Shown piece by piece: positions 37,535 through 48,200 of a stretch of 53,563 nucleotides of DNA (the stretch's first letter is position 1; every line of letters begins with the position of its first letter). Below the pieces are notes generated by a model. That model was given only the letters and a program-made list of their open reading frames with translations, ran no database searches and had not been told where the DNA came from. Source of the stretch: Candidatus Thorarchaeota archaeon (lineage in GTDB: Archaea; Asgardarchaeota; Thorarchaeia; Thorarchaeales; Thorarchaeaceae); assembly GCA_048882045.1 (NCBI GenBank), contig JBHLRZ010000023.1:1-53563 (forward strand), in the 5' to 3' direction. The translations under genes and the position numbers were made by a program.

Positions 37535-38134
37535 TTGATGCTCCTGCTCGAAAAACGGAGAACCTACTTTGCTGAACCCATAGTGAGGGCAAAGGTGACT
37601 AGGGTTAGATTTCCCAAGACATGTCCTGTCTGTGGTGCTCCTGCAACTAAATATGCAGGAATCTCTTCTAGCTCACGCAAGGTCTGGCTCCGTCCACATT
37701 GGGATCCTCGTTTTGGTGTGAGACGAAACAGAAGTGTGGAGGATGTAAGCGCCAAGAGCTTCATAGTTGATGTATGTGAGGACCATGTGATGACTGACAA
37801 TGCTGAGCTGAAGCTTCGAGGTCTCTCGACATTGATAGCTTCCATTATCTCAGGAGTATCTCTCATTGCATTGATTTATGCAGGAAGTGATTACTGGCTT
37901 GGAAGGCCAGTCAGTCCATGGGTCTATTCGTACATCTTCATTCTTTCACTCTCACTTTTCCTCGTATACTTGGCATTCAAGCCTTCAGCCCTTGAATCGT
38001 CAATCAAGATTATTGGTTTTGATTTTGAACGACAATATGTCTGGCTCCGTCTGAAGAACCATGAATATCTAGATCAATTACTGGCTCAAAATCCGATGGA
38101 TACCGAACTGGTCAATTGGGTTGTAAAAGTCTGA
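37535..38134 (+). CDS. Hypothetical 2-TM membrane protein with putative Zn site
   Basis: FPKTCPVCG and VCEDH (C2-CH ligand set) before two hydrophobic helices. Confidence 0.72.
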   Translation: MMLLLEKRRTYFAEPIVRAKVTRVRFPKTCPVCGAPATKYAGISSSSRKVWLRPHWDPRFGVRRNRSVEDVSAKSFIVDVCEDHVMTDNAELKLRGLSTLIASIISGVSLIALIYAGSDYWLGRPVSPWVYSYIFILSLSLFLVYLAFKPSALESSIKIIGFDFERQYVWLRLKNHEYLDQLLAQNPMDTELVNWVVKV

Positions 38135-38136
38135 TT

Positions 38137-39570
38137 CTAGAGATTTCTCCGTTCTTGGGTTTCATAATAATAGCAGACTCGAGAGAGGGCACTGACTGCC
38201 TCGTTCATGTTTCTAAAGACTGGGAGTCCACTTTCAACGAAGACATTCCATGCTTCAGTTCTCTGCTCCGGATAAGCAACCTCTGGAATCGCCACCAGCA
38301 CAGGTTTCTTTTCTCTTTCGACGACTCTCTTGCCTGCTTTTGCCATGACTTTCCAGAAGTCAACCAATACGTCCGCTGCACCCATGATGGATGCGGCTTG
38401 GTACATGTTGTGAACATCTGCTCCAATGATCAATGAATCGAAATTCGGTTCACTGCCTGCAAGACGAATCACCTCTGATGTAGTTTGATCTTGATAGTAA
38501 TCAGCTGCGAGGTCTATTGGATTTCCAAGCCCTGTACCCACATCAAGAATCAATGGATCCAATTGCTTGATTGTATCATCAGATGTCCGTGGAACATTTA
38601 GTCCCCTCTCAATGCACAAGTCTGTTAGAATAACACTAGTTCCTCCACTGATTGTAATGAGTCCTACATTCCTCGACTTTGGTTTTGGACTGAGAGAGAA
38701 GACACTAAGCGTAGCAAGCAAGTCTTCGATTGTATCGACTGTTATAACATTGGCTTGACGAAAGACCGCATTCCAAATCTGATTACTCCCTGCAAGAGCA
38801 CCAGTGTGAGATGATGCAGCCCGTGCTCCTTCTGTTGACCGACCCCCCTTTAGAACAACAAGTGGCTTCTTCAGAGCTACACGTTTCAGTGACTCCAAGA
38901 CATTCTTCCCATTCCTTGCCCCCTCAATATATGCACCAACTACCATGGTTTCATCGTCATCTGAGAAGAATTCTAGAATCTCTTGGGGTGTTATATCAAC
39001 TTGATTCCCAAAGCTGAACACTTTACTAAAACCCACTCCTGCTTCAACACCTGCGGTGTAGGTTGTAATGGCAACGCCTCCTGACTGAGATAGGAACCCT
39101 ACATCTCCAATGCGTCTCTTGATTGTAGGCATGAACGCAAAACCAATCTTTGGATACATCAGTCCCATGCAGTTTGGTCCCAATGCTCTCATACCAGTTT
39201 CATCGAGTATCTTGCGAATCTCAACCTCTCTCTGTTTGCCTTCTTCTGTTCCAAGTTCTGAAAATCCGCTAGTGAATATTGTGACCGCTCGTGCACCCTT
39301 CCTATGGCAATCTCTCAATGTATTAGGAACTACTTTGTATGGAACCCTAATAATGGCATAATCGATGTTTTCAGGAATTTCATCGATGCTTTCGAGAATC
39401 TTGTGCCCCCGAACTTCTCCGCCGCGTCTAGAAACAAACCATACCCTAAGGTCATGCTCCCACTGTAACATTGAGTGTGCCCAATAATACCCCATACTTG
39501 CAGATACACCGATAACCGCAACAGACTTGATGTTGAGAATTTCAGATATCGTGGGTTTCTCAGGGTTCAT
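38137..39570 (-). CDS. acdA: ADP-forming acyl-CoA synthetase alpha subunit (CoA-binding protein)
   Basis: SVAVIG, FTSGFSE, GPNCMG, SQSGG, SFGNQ, phospho-His ASSHTGALAG, SGG, NPIDL; no fused ATP-grasp beta domain. Confidence 0.85.
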   Translation of the reverse strand: MNPEKPTISEILNIKSVAVIGVSASMGYYWAHSMLQWEHDLRVWFVSRRGGEVRGHKILESIDEIPENIDYAIIRVPYKVVPNTLRDCHRKGARAVTIFTSGFSELGTEEGKQREVEIRKILDETGMRALGPNCMGLMYPKIGFAFMPTIKRRIGDVGFLSQSGGVAITTYTAGVEAGVGFSKVFSFGNQVDITPQEILEFFSDDDETMVVGAYIEGARNGKNVLESLKRVALKKPLVVLKGGRSTEGARAASSHTGALAGSNQIWNAVFRQANVITVDTIEDLLATLSVFSLSPKPKSRNVGLITISGGTSVILTDLCIERGLNVPRTSDDTIKQLDPLILDVGTGLGNPIDLAADYYQDQTTSEVIRLAGSEPNFDSLIIGADVHNMYQAASIMGAADVLVDFWKVMAKAGKRVVEREKKPVLVAIPEVAYPEQRTEAWNVFVESGLPVFRNMNEAVSALSRVCYYYETQERRNL

Positions 39571-39636
39571 CTAAGTCTCTCCAGATACGCCCGTGGGAAT
39601 TTCTCTTCGATTTAAGAGTACCTGATTGACAACAAG

Positions 39637-39773
39637 AAAAAAGGTGTGAGGAGATGGCGCCAGCGGAAGTAATGGGGATCGATGCATCACTGTACTCGCC
39701 TGCGGATACGAGCACGATAGTCCGTAGGGACTTATCGAGGAGAACCGATGTAGTTTCTTGCGGCTGACGCCAC
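39637..39773 (-). ncRNA. Putative novel structured small RNA
   Basis: 10-bp closing stem UGGCGUCAGC/GCUGGCGCCA (39772-39763 with 39664-39655) and two internal hairpins; mismatches become G-U pairs only on the minus strand; TTATATAT at 39805-39798 upstream; U6 tract at 39642-39637. Confidence 0.7.
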
Positions 39774-39797
39774 AATTATGAATATTAGTTGCTATTA

Positions 39798-39805
39798 ATA
39801 TATAA
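39798..39805 (-). promoter_or_regulatory. TATA box for the putative small RNA
   Basis: TTATATAT lies 26-33 nt upstream of the first paired base of the RNA, consistent with archaeal TATA-to-start spacing. Confidence 0.55.
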
Positions 39806-39893
39806 TATGTGTGTATATATGTTGCTTATTAGATTCTATATAGTGGATACTTGAACCAGTCTGTTAATATGGACTGAATGAGAACGATTCTCT

Positions 39894-42068
39894 ATGCGTC
39901 GCGCTTTGGTTCTATTACTATTGTTGGTCCTTCTCTTCGTTACACCTTTTGGCGATGACAGACTATTGGTCAATCCGCACGTGACCTACATTCCTAGCCA
40001 AGGACTTTATGATATTGAACGGAATTGGACACTCAATGTCGTTATTGTTGGCTATGAACAATCCGTAATTGACGAAGCAATTCTACTATCTGGAATGCCT
40101 ACTGAGAGGGTATACGTGTCTGAATCCGTTGATATTACGTACAATATCGATTACAATATTGAATATGCAGACACCACCTATTACAATGACCTCCATACAG
40201 TCATGCTGGAAAACTCAGTGAACGGTACTGGTACAGGAACGTGGTTGAATCAGACTGCGTTACAGTATCAGAAGGATCACTTGGATGAACCTCAGAGAAT
40301 CTTCTATCCGAGAGATGGAAGAGTCATTGACGCATTTGAGGTAGAAGACTGGCTCATAGAAAATCCTGTCGTAAATTCTCCTTCTTTGGGTTACACACTC
40401 TATCTAGTGAACTTCTCAATGTTTGACACTCCAGCCCTTGAGCATTGGTATGACTACCATCCAGTTGACCCTGACACTGGTGAGGAACAAGACTGGTTTC
40501 GACTTGAATGGGACAATGCATTGAATCCGGATGTTACCATGGACTACCCGTCATTTGGAGGGCGATACAACATTCATGTTGTTGATCCCAGTGCGCATCA
40601 GTGGTATCTCAAATGGTGCAAAATCTGGTGGAGCGAGTCCATAACTACAGAGTACGACTTCTGGACCCAAGACTTGGAGGATAAGATGGCTACTCTCGAT
40701 ATGGGTGTACCTGCAGATGTTGATACGCTGAATGTATACCTCAGCGAGTGTATATGGGATCCGATCAATCTTCTCTTCTTCCCATATCAGCATCAACCCG
40801 CAAAATATGTACAGTCTGGCAGACTGACCGGATTGGTCTTCTGTATGGATGTCTCATCTGGTGTTTCAATAGATAGTTTGGAATGGGTTACAGATGCCGA
40901 GATGCTGAAGAATGACTTGGAAGAACTATATCCATTCATAGACTGGACAGTAGATATCGAGTTCTTGGACATCAATAATGAGCCAGCTTGGAACACACTA
41001 TTCTGGATGCATTCCTATATTGACAGTGGTACAACCATCGTAGATGGGGGAGCGATGTTCGATACGATCTATGATGTGATGCGACCTCAATATGTTGCTG
41101 ATGATGAAAACATCAATGTGTTCAGTGTGGTCTTCATCAAGAAACAGATGGAAATGCATGTCTATGGAAGAACATATACAGGACTTGGTGGCCAAGGGCA
41201 AGCAGTGATATGGAAATCTTGGGAGCGGTACTATCGGCCAGATGGAGTGACACCAAAAGATGGAGTTTCCTCTGTTCAACTTCATGAAACAATGCACGCG
41301 ATAGGATTCCTACATACATGGCAACATGAGCAATATTCAAGCGACTTTTCATGGGGCCCAATGGGTTACTTCGCTTTCAGGCCAGGTACAGCTACATATG
41401 ACAAGAACTGGGTTCAGGGAACGTACCTCGATCAGATGGAAGCCATTCTGTGGGATGAGTTCCTGACTCAACAAGCCCTTCTTGGTGGAAGTGAACGTCC
41501 AGAAACATATCTGGCTGAACAGGGAGCAATAAAATCATTTGACGAGGCGAGATCGTTCTATAATCAGATGGACTGGATGTCTGCATTCGAAGCTCTTTCA
41601 GAAGCTAGGGACTGGATGAGAAGAATGATGTATTCACAGGTTGATGATACTCCTCCTGTGATACTGTCCTACAGTGTGAATCCTGAAGAGATTCCTTCTC
41701 AGACATACTATTACTCTGCAATTATCAGTGATAATCTTGCAGGAGTCGAAAATGCTTCTCTCTTTGTCCAGTTTGACGGAGGGGATATTTACAACTTTCC
41801 GTGTACAAACAGCAGTAACAATTGGTCTGTCACATTTACAGTTCCACCTGAGGTCGCTGCTCCGCCCCCTGTCAATCGTTTTCAAAACATGACAATGTGG
41901 TTAGTTGCCCATGACTGGGGTATGAACAGTGCTACCGGTGGCCGTATAGAACTTCTTACTCCATCCTTCAGAGATTTTTATGAACTTCTGTTTCCTATTG
42001 CAGTTGCTGGTGCGACATGTATTATCGTGATTGGTGTTGGAGTCTACCTCATGAGGAGAAGAAGGTGA
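39894..42068 (+). CDS. Surface-anchored zinc metallopeptidase-like protein (metzincin-type motif)
   Basis: Signal peptide; HETMHAIGFLH matches HExxHxxGxxH; possible Met-turn GPMGY; Ig-like domain (DDTPP); TM plus RRRR. Confidence 0.78.
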   Translation: MRRALVLLLLLVLLFVTPFGDDRLLVNPHVTYIPSQGLYDIERNWTLNVVIVGYEQSVIDEAILLSGMPTERVYVSESVDITYNIDYNIEYADTTYYNDLHTVMLENSVNGTGTGTWLNQTALQYQKDHLDEPQRIFYPRDGRVIDAFEVEDWLIENPVVNSPSLGYTLYLVNFSMFDTPALEHWYDYHPVDPDTGEEQDWFRLEWDNALNPDVTMDYPSFGGRYNIHVVDPSAHQWYLKWCKIWWSESITTEYDFWTQDLEDKMATLDMGVPADVDTLNVYLSECIWDPINLLFFPYQHQPAKYVQSGRLTGLVFCMDVSSGVSIDSLEWVTDAEMLKNDLEELYPFIDWTVDIEFLDINNEPAWNTLFWMHSYIDSGTTIVDGGAMFDTIYDVMRPQYVADDENINVFSVVFIKKQMEMHVYGRTYTGLGGQGQAVIWKSWERYYRPDGVTPKDGVSSVQLHETMHAIGFLHTWQHEQYSSDFSWGPMGYFAFRPGTATYDKNWVQGTYLDQMEAILWDEFLTQQALLGGSERPETYLAEQGAIKSFDEARSFYNQMDWMSAFEALSEARDWMRRMMYSQVDDTPPVILSYSVNPEEIPSQTYYYSAIISDNLAGVENASLFVQFDGGDIYNFPCTNSSNNWSVTFTVPPEVAAPPPVNRFQNMTMWLVAHDWGMNSATGGRIELLTPSFRDFYELLFPIAVAGATCIIVIGVGVYLMRRRR

Positions 42069-42229
42069 GCCGACCTTCGGAATATCGTGAATATGTCCTA
42101 TTAGTCTTAGTGTCGATAATTCGACAAGCTTGACGATTTCACTGGGCCAAATCAATTCATATAGTCGAAATATACTACTCAGGTATCCAGTCGACTGAGT
42201 CGGACACATGCCCTTAGGGGGACCTGAAT

Positions 42230-45200
42230 ATGAAAATCAAAAGGAATTTGTCTCTATTTCTTGTGATGGCGTCCCTTATCCTGAGTTTTGGATCACTTGG
42301 AACTCAGAATAACATTTCCAGTTCATCAGTCTCGGGTTCAGAACTGGTCAATCTTGGAGATGGCCAATTTATTGAGGTCGGACCTGACGAAGTCCTTGAA
42401 ACGTATTCACTATCCGATGTTCCGACAACATTGGAAGGTGAAGGTTCTCCGTTGGTCGTGTCCGAGTATGGGCAACGGACAGACACCCATGAAGACCTTG
42501 AGCTTGTGTACTATACCACAAACACAACCACGACTCAGACTGTTTCAGTTCCCCTTGGTCCACTCTGGGAAGGAACTGACATGGCTTTCGAAATAACTGA
42601 TCTCCAAGAGAATAGGACATACTTGACCAATCCTGGATTTGACTCAACGGCAGATTGGACACTTGGTACAGATGATGTCGGAACTCATACTAATCCCATG
42701 TCTTCTACAATAACTGGAGGTTATGTCAGCTTTCAGATGGATGGTGTCTACGACGGCGGATACTACCGCCATGACCTTGGTGACAGACAGTATGCTCAGC
42801 AGACAGTTAACACAGCCAGAGGAGATGTCACATGGGTTGGCGTTTCACTCGACTACTGGGTCGATGATGCTTGGGGTGGGTTGCCAATTGGTTTCTGGGA
42901 GCTTTATGCTCAGGTAGGATCAGCTGACAATGTGTCAAATCATCTATGGCATATGCAGTTCAGTGATGTCTTGGCACAACAAGTTTGGTATTCCACTGGC
43001 TTGATTGAGGCGAATCCTTCACTAATCACTTCAGATACTTTTGTCCTACAGATAGGGTCCAGGACAACCAGGTCATTTGGAAGCAATCCTCAGCTTTATC
43101 CTGAGGTGAGGATGGACAATGTTAGGGTTTTCATCAAGACACGAGTGCAGCCAAGTCAGGTTAACTTGGAAATGAACGGGATACCAGTGGCAAATGGCGC
43201 GACATGGAGTCTAGGTACAGTCCAAGAATCTGCCACCGTACCATGGAGTGGAATTGCAGTCAATGCAACTTTCAGTTGGACTCCAACTCCTGTGAATCCT
43301 GATCCAAATGAGGACATTCGAGTTAGCTTCTCTGCTGACATGACAGTGTTTGCTAGGAAGGTTGATCAGTCATCACTATTCGAAGCTGATGTACTAAGCC
43401 CTGGAACTCATTATGCTGTTTCAAACGCAAGTCAAGTTGATTGGATTACTTACTACTATATCGCAGTACCGAATGGATATTCAGATTATTTCTTCTTCAA
43501 TGTGAGTAAGTCTGATACACTAGTGATTGACACAGTATCTGAACCTCGCTTCCCCGGTGTCAATTTCCCATATTGGTCCACTACAGCTACCAGTCTCAAT
43601 ATCTCGGTTTATGATGGAGTTGTGGGGACTTACCAGAATGGCTTTTGGAAGATTACTGGTCACTCAGCGAACATAATTCAGGACCTAAGGATGTCAAGTG
43701 GAGCTGCATGGGATACAACCAATACGTACCGTGCAAATGAGAATGTGCGATTCAGAGCTTATCTCGACACAATTTACAATAGCGCGACTGTTAATTTCAA
43801 AGTCTATGATACTACAGGTGAAATATGGTCCTCGTTGAATGCAGTTGTGACTTCTGGAATCGCAGAAACAACTGACTTGAACCTTTCTGCATATACTGCA
43901 GAAGTAGGACACTGGACTGTTCAAGCCTTTGTCAATGACTCGATTTCGGGAAGTCCTATAGAGAATATTGGAGTGTACTCTCGGACCTTCACAATTGAAC
44001 ACGGATCTGAGATGAACATAGCTTATCCAAGGCAATCCATACTTACTTGGGAGCGAAACCTGACCTATGGTCAAGACATGCTTCTGCAGATCAGAGTGAA
44101 TGATTCTGATAATGGTCTCCTATTGCCTGAAGGCTCTGCAACATACAATTGGACCACAGGCACATACGCACTAAATGATATGGGGACTGGTGAGTACAGC
44201 GTTGTAGTGAACACTGCAGATCTTGGTACACCTGGCAGATATGTCATCAGCATCACATGGAGTAAACAATACTACGATCCCATCCAACGATATTTTGTTA
44301 TCAATGTCGTCGAAGAAACTACCCTTCAGTCCTCAAGTGCACCTGGCGTACAAGTACCTCGAGGCGATAATGCAATCTTAGAACTATTCTATGCAGACTC
44401 TCAAGGTTTTGGAATAATCGACGCGGCACTCTCATGTAATTGGACTGATTCTTCATACTCTATTGACCCTGTTATTGGGGAACCTGGAAACTACACCTTG
44501 TCTATCACAACTGGGAATTCGAATCTTGGAACCTATGCTGTTGTTGTAACCGCTCAACAAGACTATTACACAACATCAAAGGTCCTCTTGTTTGTCGAAG
44601 TCAGACAGATCTTTACCTCTGTTTCCGTATCACAGAACCAACTTGCACTCCCGGTTGGATATGAGCAGACTATCACATTGACCTATAGGGACACAGATCA
44701 TGACCTACCGATAACAGGTGCAGAATCATCAATCTCATGCAATTGGTCAGACTACACCGTTGTGGAAAGTGCACCTGGTGAGTATGATATCACATTCTTC
44801 TCCGAAGAAACTGACCCAATTCAGGATTATACTATTGTTTTCAACGTGAATCGGTTTGCCTATCAAAATCACACCTTCGACATTACTATCAACATAATCA
44901 CACATCTGACTTCCTTCTCTCTTGACAATCCAATAGAACCAACACCATATACTGGTCAGATAACCATCTATGTCCTCTACTATGATATTACGACATCATC
45001 AGGCATTGTAGGGAGTGATGTACTGATTTATGCAGAAGCCTCAGGTATTCCGTCCCTTCAGTTCACAGTTGTGAACGGTTCCATAGCTGGTCAGTACATC
45101 ATAAGAGTGAGGGCTGATCAGTGGGGTTCGATTGGGAGGAAAGACATTACCATTTATGCGAATTGGACGGGTCCGCAACCAAAACATGACAACAAGGTAC

Positions 45201-48200
45201 TGCAAGTAAGTGCGAGGGTGGCAGGCAGTCCAGCGGATCTGTTCATTGGAACGAATCCAATTGCCACGCCCTATGGAGAGGACATAACATTCTCAGTGGT
45301 ATATTGGGATATCAGCAACAGCACTGGAATTACCAATGCAACAGGTGCATACCCATTCAATGTTTTCTTCTTCATCGAGGTGTTAACACCTGGTCAGACT
45401 TTGATCCAAGACTTGATGACAATTACAGAATTGGGGAGTGGAGAATACCAGATTTCATTTGATAGCTCCCTTCTCAGTGGTCTAATAGGATGTCAACTTC
45501 GGATCTATGCGAATTGGACTGCTGGTCAATTACCGCTTTTTGAAAATCGGACTCTTGCAGTTACAGTCTACACGCGTTATAGACAGACAAGTGTAGTTTG
45601 GAATCCTTTGCCTACTACTCCGTATGGCGAAAACGTCAATCTAACATTCTCCTATGTTGATGTCTTAACTAGCCTATCAATTCCTGATGATGCACAATTG
45701 AGCTATCAAGTTCAAGAATCAGGACTCGTCTTGAGCTCAGTCTATCTTTCGGGAAGTCAGGAGTTCGTTCTGACTCTTGACACTACTTGGTGGAATAATA
45801 TTGGAACGTATACTTTCCACCTAGATGTTGTTTGGAACGGTGCTCCCTATTATCAGAACAGGACGAGTATCCCGATATCAATCACAATACGGAATAGGTT
45901 CACAAATCTTGACCACGGACCATACACGTCGATCCAATTCGGTAGTGACTTGGTCATTGTTTTCACTTATAGAGACCTGGATGATCAATCACTTCTCAAT
46001 ACCGGAGTATTGACTCTGGATGCTTCACTCTCCGGTTTCTATAATGTAGTCAATAATGGTGATGGAACATTCACAGTCACGCTGGACACAAGTGCCTTCG
46101 GATCTCTCGGAACTTACACTGTGAATGCAACGATGACCTATACAGGCACCAACTTTGGTCAAGATGCGACTGATTTCTTCTATCTTACTCTAATTGAAAG
46201 AAGAACACAGTTGACAAGTGATGTCCCATCTCTGGCTATCTTTTTAGAAGAAGCAATAATCTATGTTTCATACTTCGATGATAGTACATTAGTAGGAATT
46301 TCAGGCGCAACAGTGACTGCTACCTGTCCCAACACAACCCTCCAGCTAGGAGTAAATTACTGGGTTGACTCGCTTCCGGGTGGAGAGTATCGAATTAGGA
46401 TATCAACGGTAGCTTTGGGTAATTTTGGACAGTACACAATCACGATTTCTGCAAGTAGGTCAGGTTCTCCATTCTATCGGAGCAGGATGTTGGATGTTTC
46501 GATTGACGTAGTAAGAAGATACGCTACTATCTCGGTAACTCGTTCTCCTCTCACGACTCCGTACCTAAGCGATGTCCAATTCCAAATCAGTGCCATTGAC
46601 GATGTGAACAGTACAAGAATTCCTCTTACCAAATCTGTGCTGACCATCACTCATGGAGGAGGTACACAGATTCTGGATTCAGAGTATACCCTCTCCGGGT
46701 CAGGAGGATATTACTGGATATCATTCAATTCAACAATCATTACCTCGATACTTGTGAATGCCTATCCGATTACCATCCTCTTCCATTGGGGTGACATAGC
46801 ACCATACTACGAAAACTCTACCGCTTCGACACAGGTGACAATAACAACTCGCTTCACACAAGCAGCTGTATTATCGACACCTCCAGCATACTACTTCTTC
46901 AATATCAGCGCGTTGATCGATTTCAGAGATTACCTAACAGGGAATGGAATTGCCGCCGCAGATGTCAGTATTGGGTCAGTTAATTCATCATCATTCACAC
47001 AGTGGATTATTGACAACGGAGATGGAACATATCAGATTCTTGTTGACACAACATCTCTCTCTGGACTGGGACGTTACTTCTTCAAGGTAAATCTGACTTG
47101 GTACGGAAGCCCCTATTACACAAACGTCACAAACCTCAGCTTCTCAGTCGTGATCAATTCAGTTTCGACTACACTTAGTTTCGCACTTCCACAAGGTGTG
47201 ACCTACTATTTGGGTGACGAGATTCGTGCCAATATCACCTACAATGCAATAGAGTTTGGTGTGGGAATTACAGGCGCAGAGATTTGGAGCGATTGGAATA
47301 GCACCTATCCGACAATCGCTACTATAAATGAGATTGATATGGGGATCTATGAAATGATAATTCAGACCTCAGGAATGGATGCTGGATTATATTCATTCAT
47401 GATAAACGCCTCAAAGTATCTTCATCAAAACCAATCGATTCTTGCAGACATATTATTGGCGGCTGTACCTGTTCAAATAGAGCTTACCTTCAATCCAACA
47501 AATCCATTCTGGGGTGACTCAATCGACTTCACAGCCAATGTTACTGATGCACGAACAGGAGCACCTGTTTCTGGTGCCTATGTCAACCTTACAATTTCAT
47601 CAATCGATGTTGATATGATTGCTGGTGCACCTGGTATCTACACAGCTACAGTCCAGAGCTGGCAAATCATTGCAGGTGAGCATACCGTTACAGTAAGGTC
47701 AGTGCTTCTAAACTACGAGAGTAGGCAGAGAGACTTCCAGATACGAATTGATAAAATTGCATCAAAGATTGCAGGTTCAATTGATCCGCTCACCACGGTG
47801 AATGGATTGACACTTTCTCTTGATGTAGACTATCTCATCCTCTCCAACAGCTCTCCAATTGAGGTCGGTCTTCTTACCTATAGCTGGATTGGAGGAAGTG
47901 GACAACTCACATGGTCCATTGCTGATGGTCATTATGTGGTAGACTTTGTTGTAGCTGGTGTCCCGGTGGGTACTCATCAGATTCTAATACAAGCAAAATC
48001 TGACAATTTCAAGAGTGTATCATTGCAACTCACTGTTGAGATAACAGAACTCACTTCTAATCTAGTTGCAGTTTCAGATTTCATCATAACAGTATCCTAT
48101 GGAGATTTTGCAAACATCACTGTTTACCTGAATAATACTGATCTAAATTCACCAGTAAGCGGATCGTTTGTGCATTATGGAGTGGGTCCAGTTGTTGGAA

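Noticed and set aside
39655-39772. 5S rRNA, tRNA or H/ACA guide identity for the structured RNA (about 120 nt, terminal stem, ends GCCA, ACA near the 3' end)
   Set aside because: No CCGAAC or GAAGUUAAG 5S motifs; no cloverleaf or proper T arm and the CCA is base-paired; the ACA is 7 nt from the stem and no K-turn can be drawn.
39560-39775. 71-aa minus-strand ORF
   Set aside because: Overlaps the structured RNA and its U-tract, and has no protein-like features.
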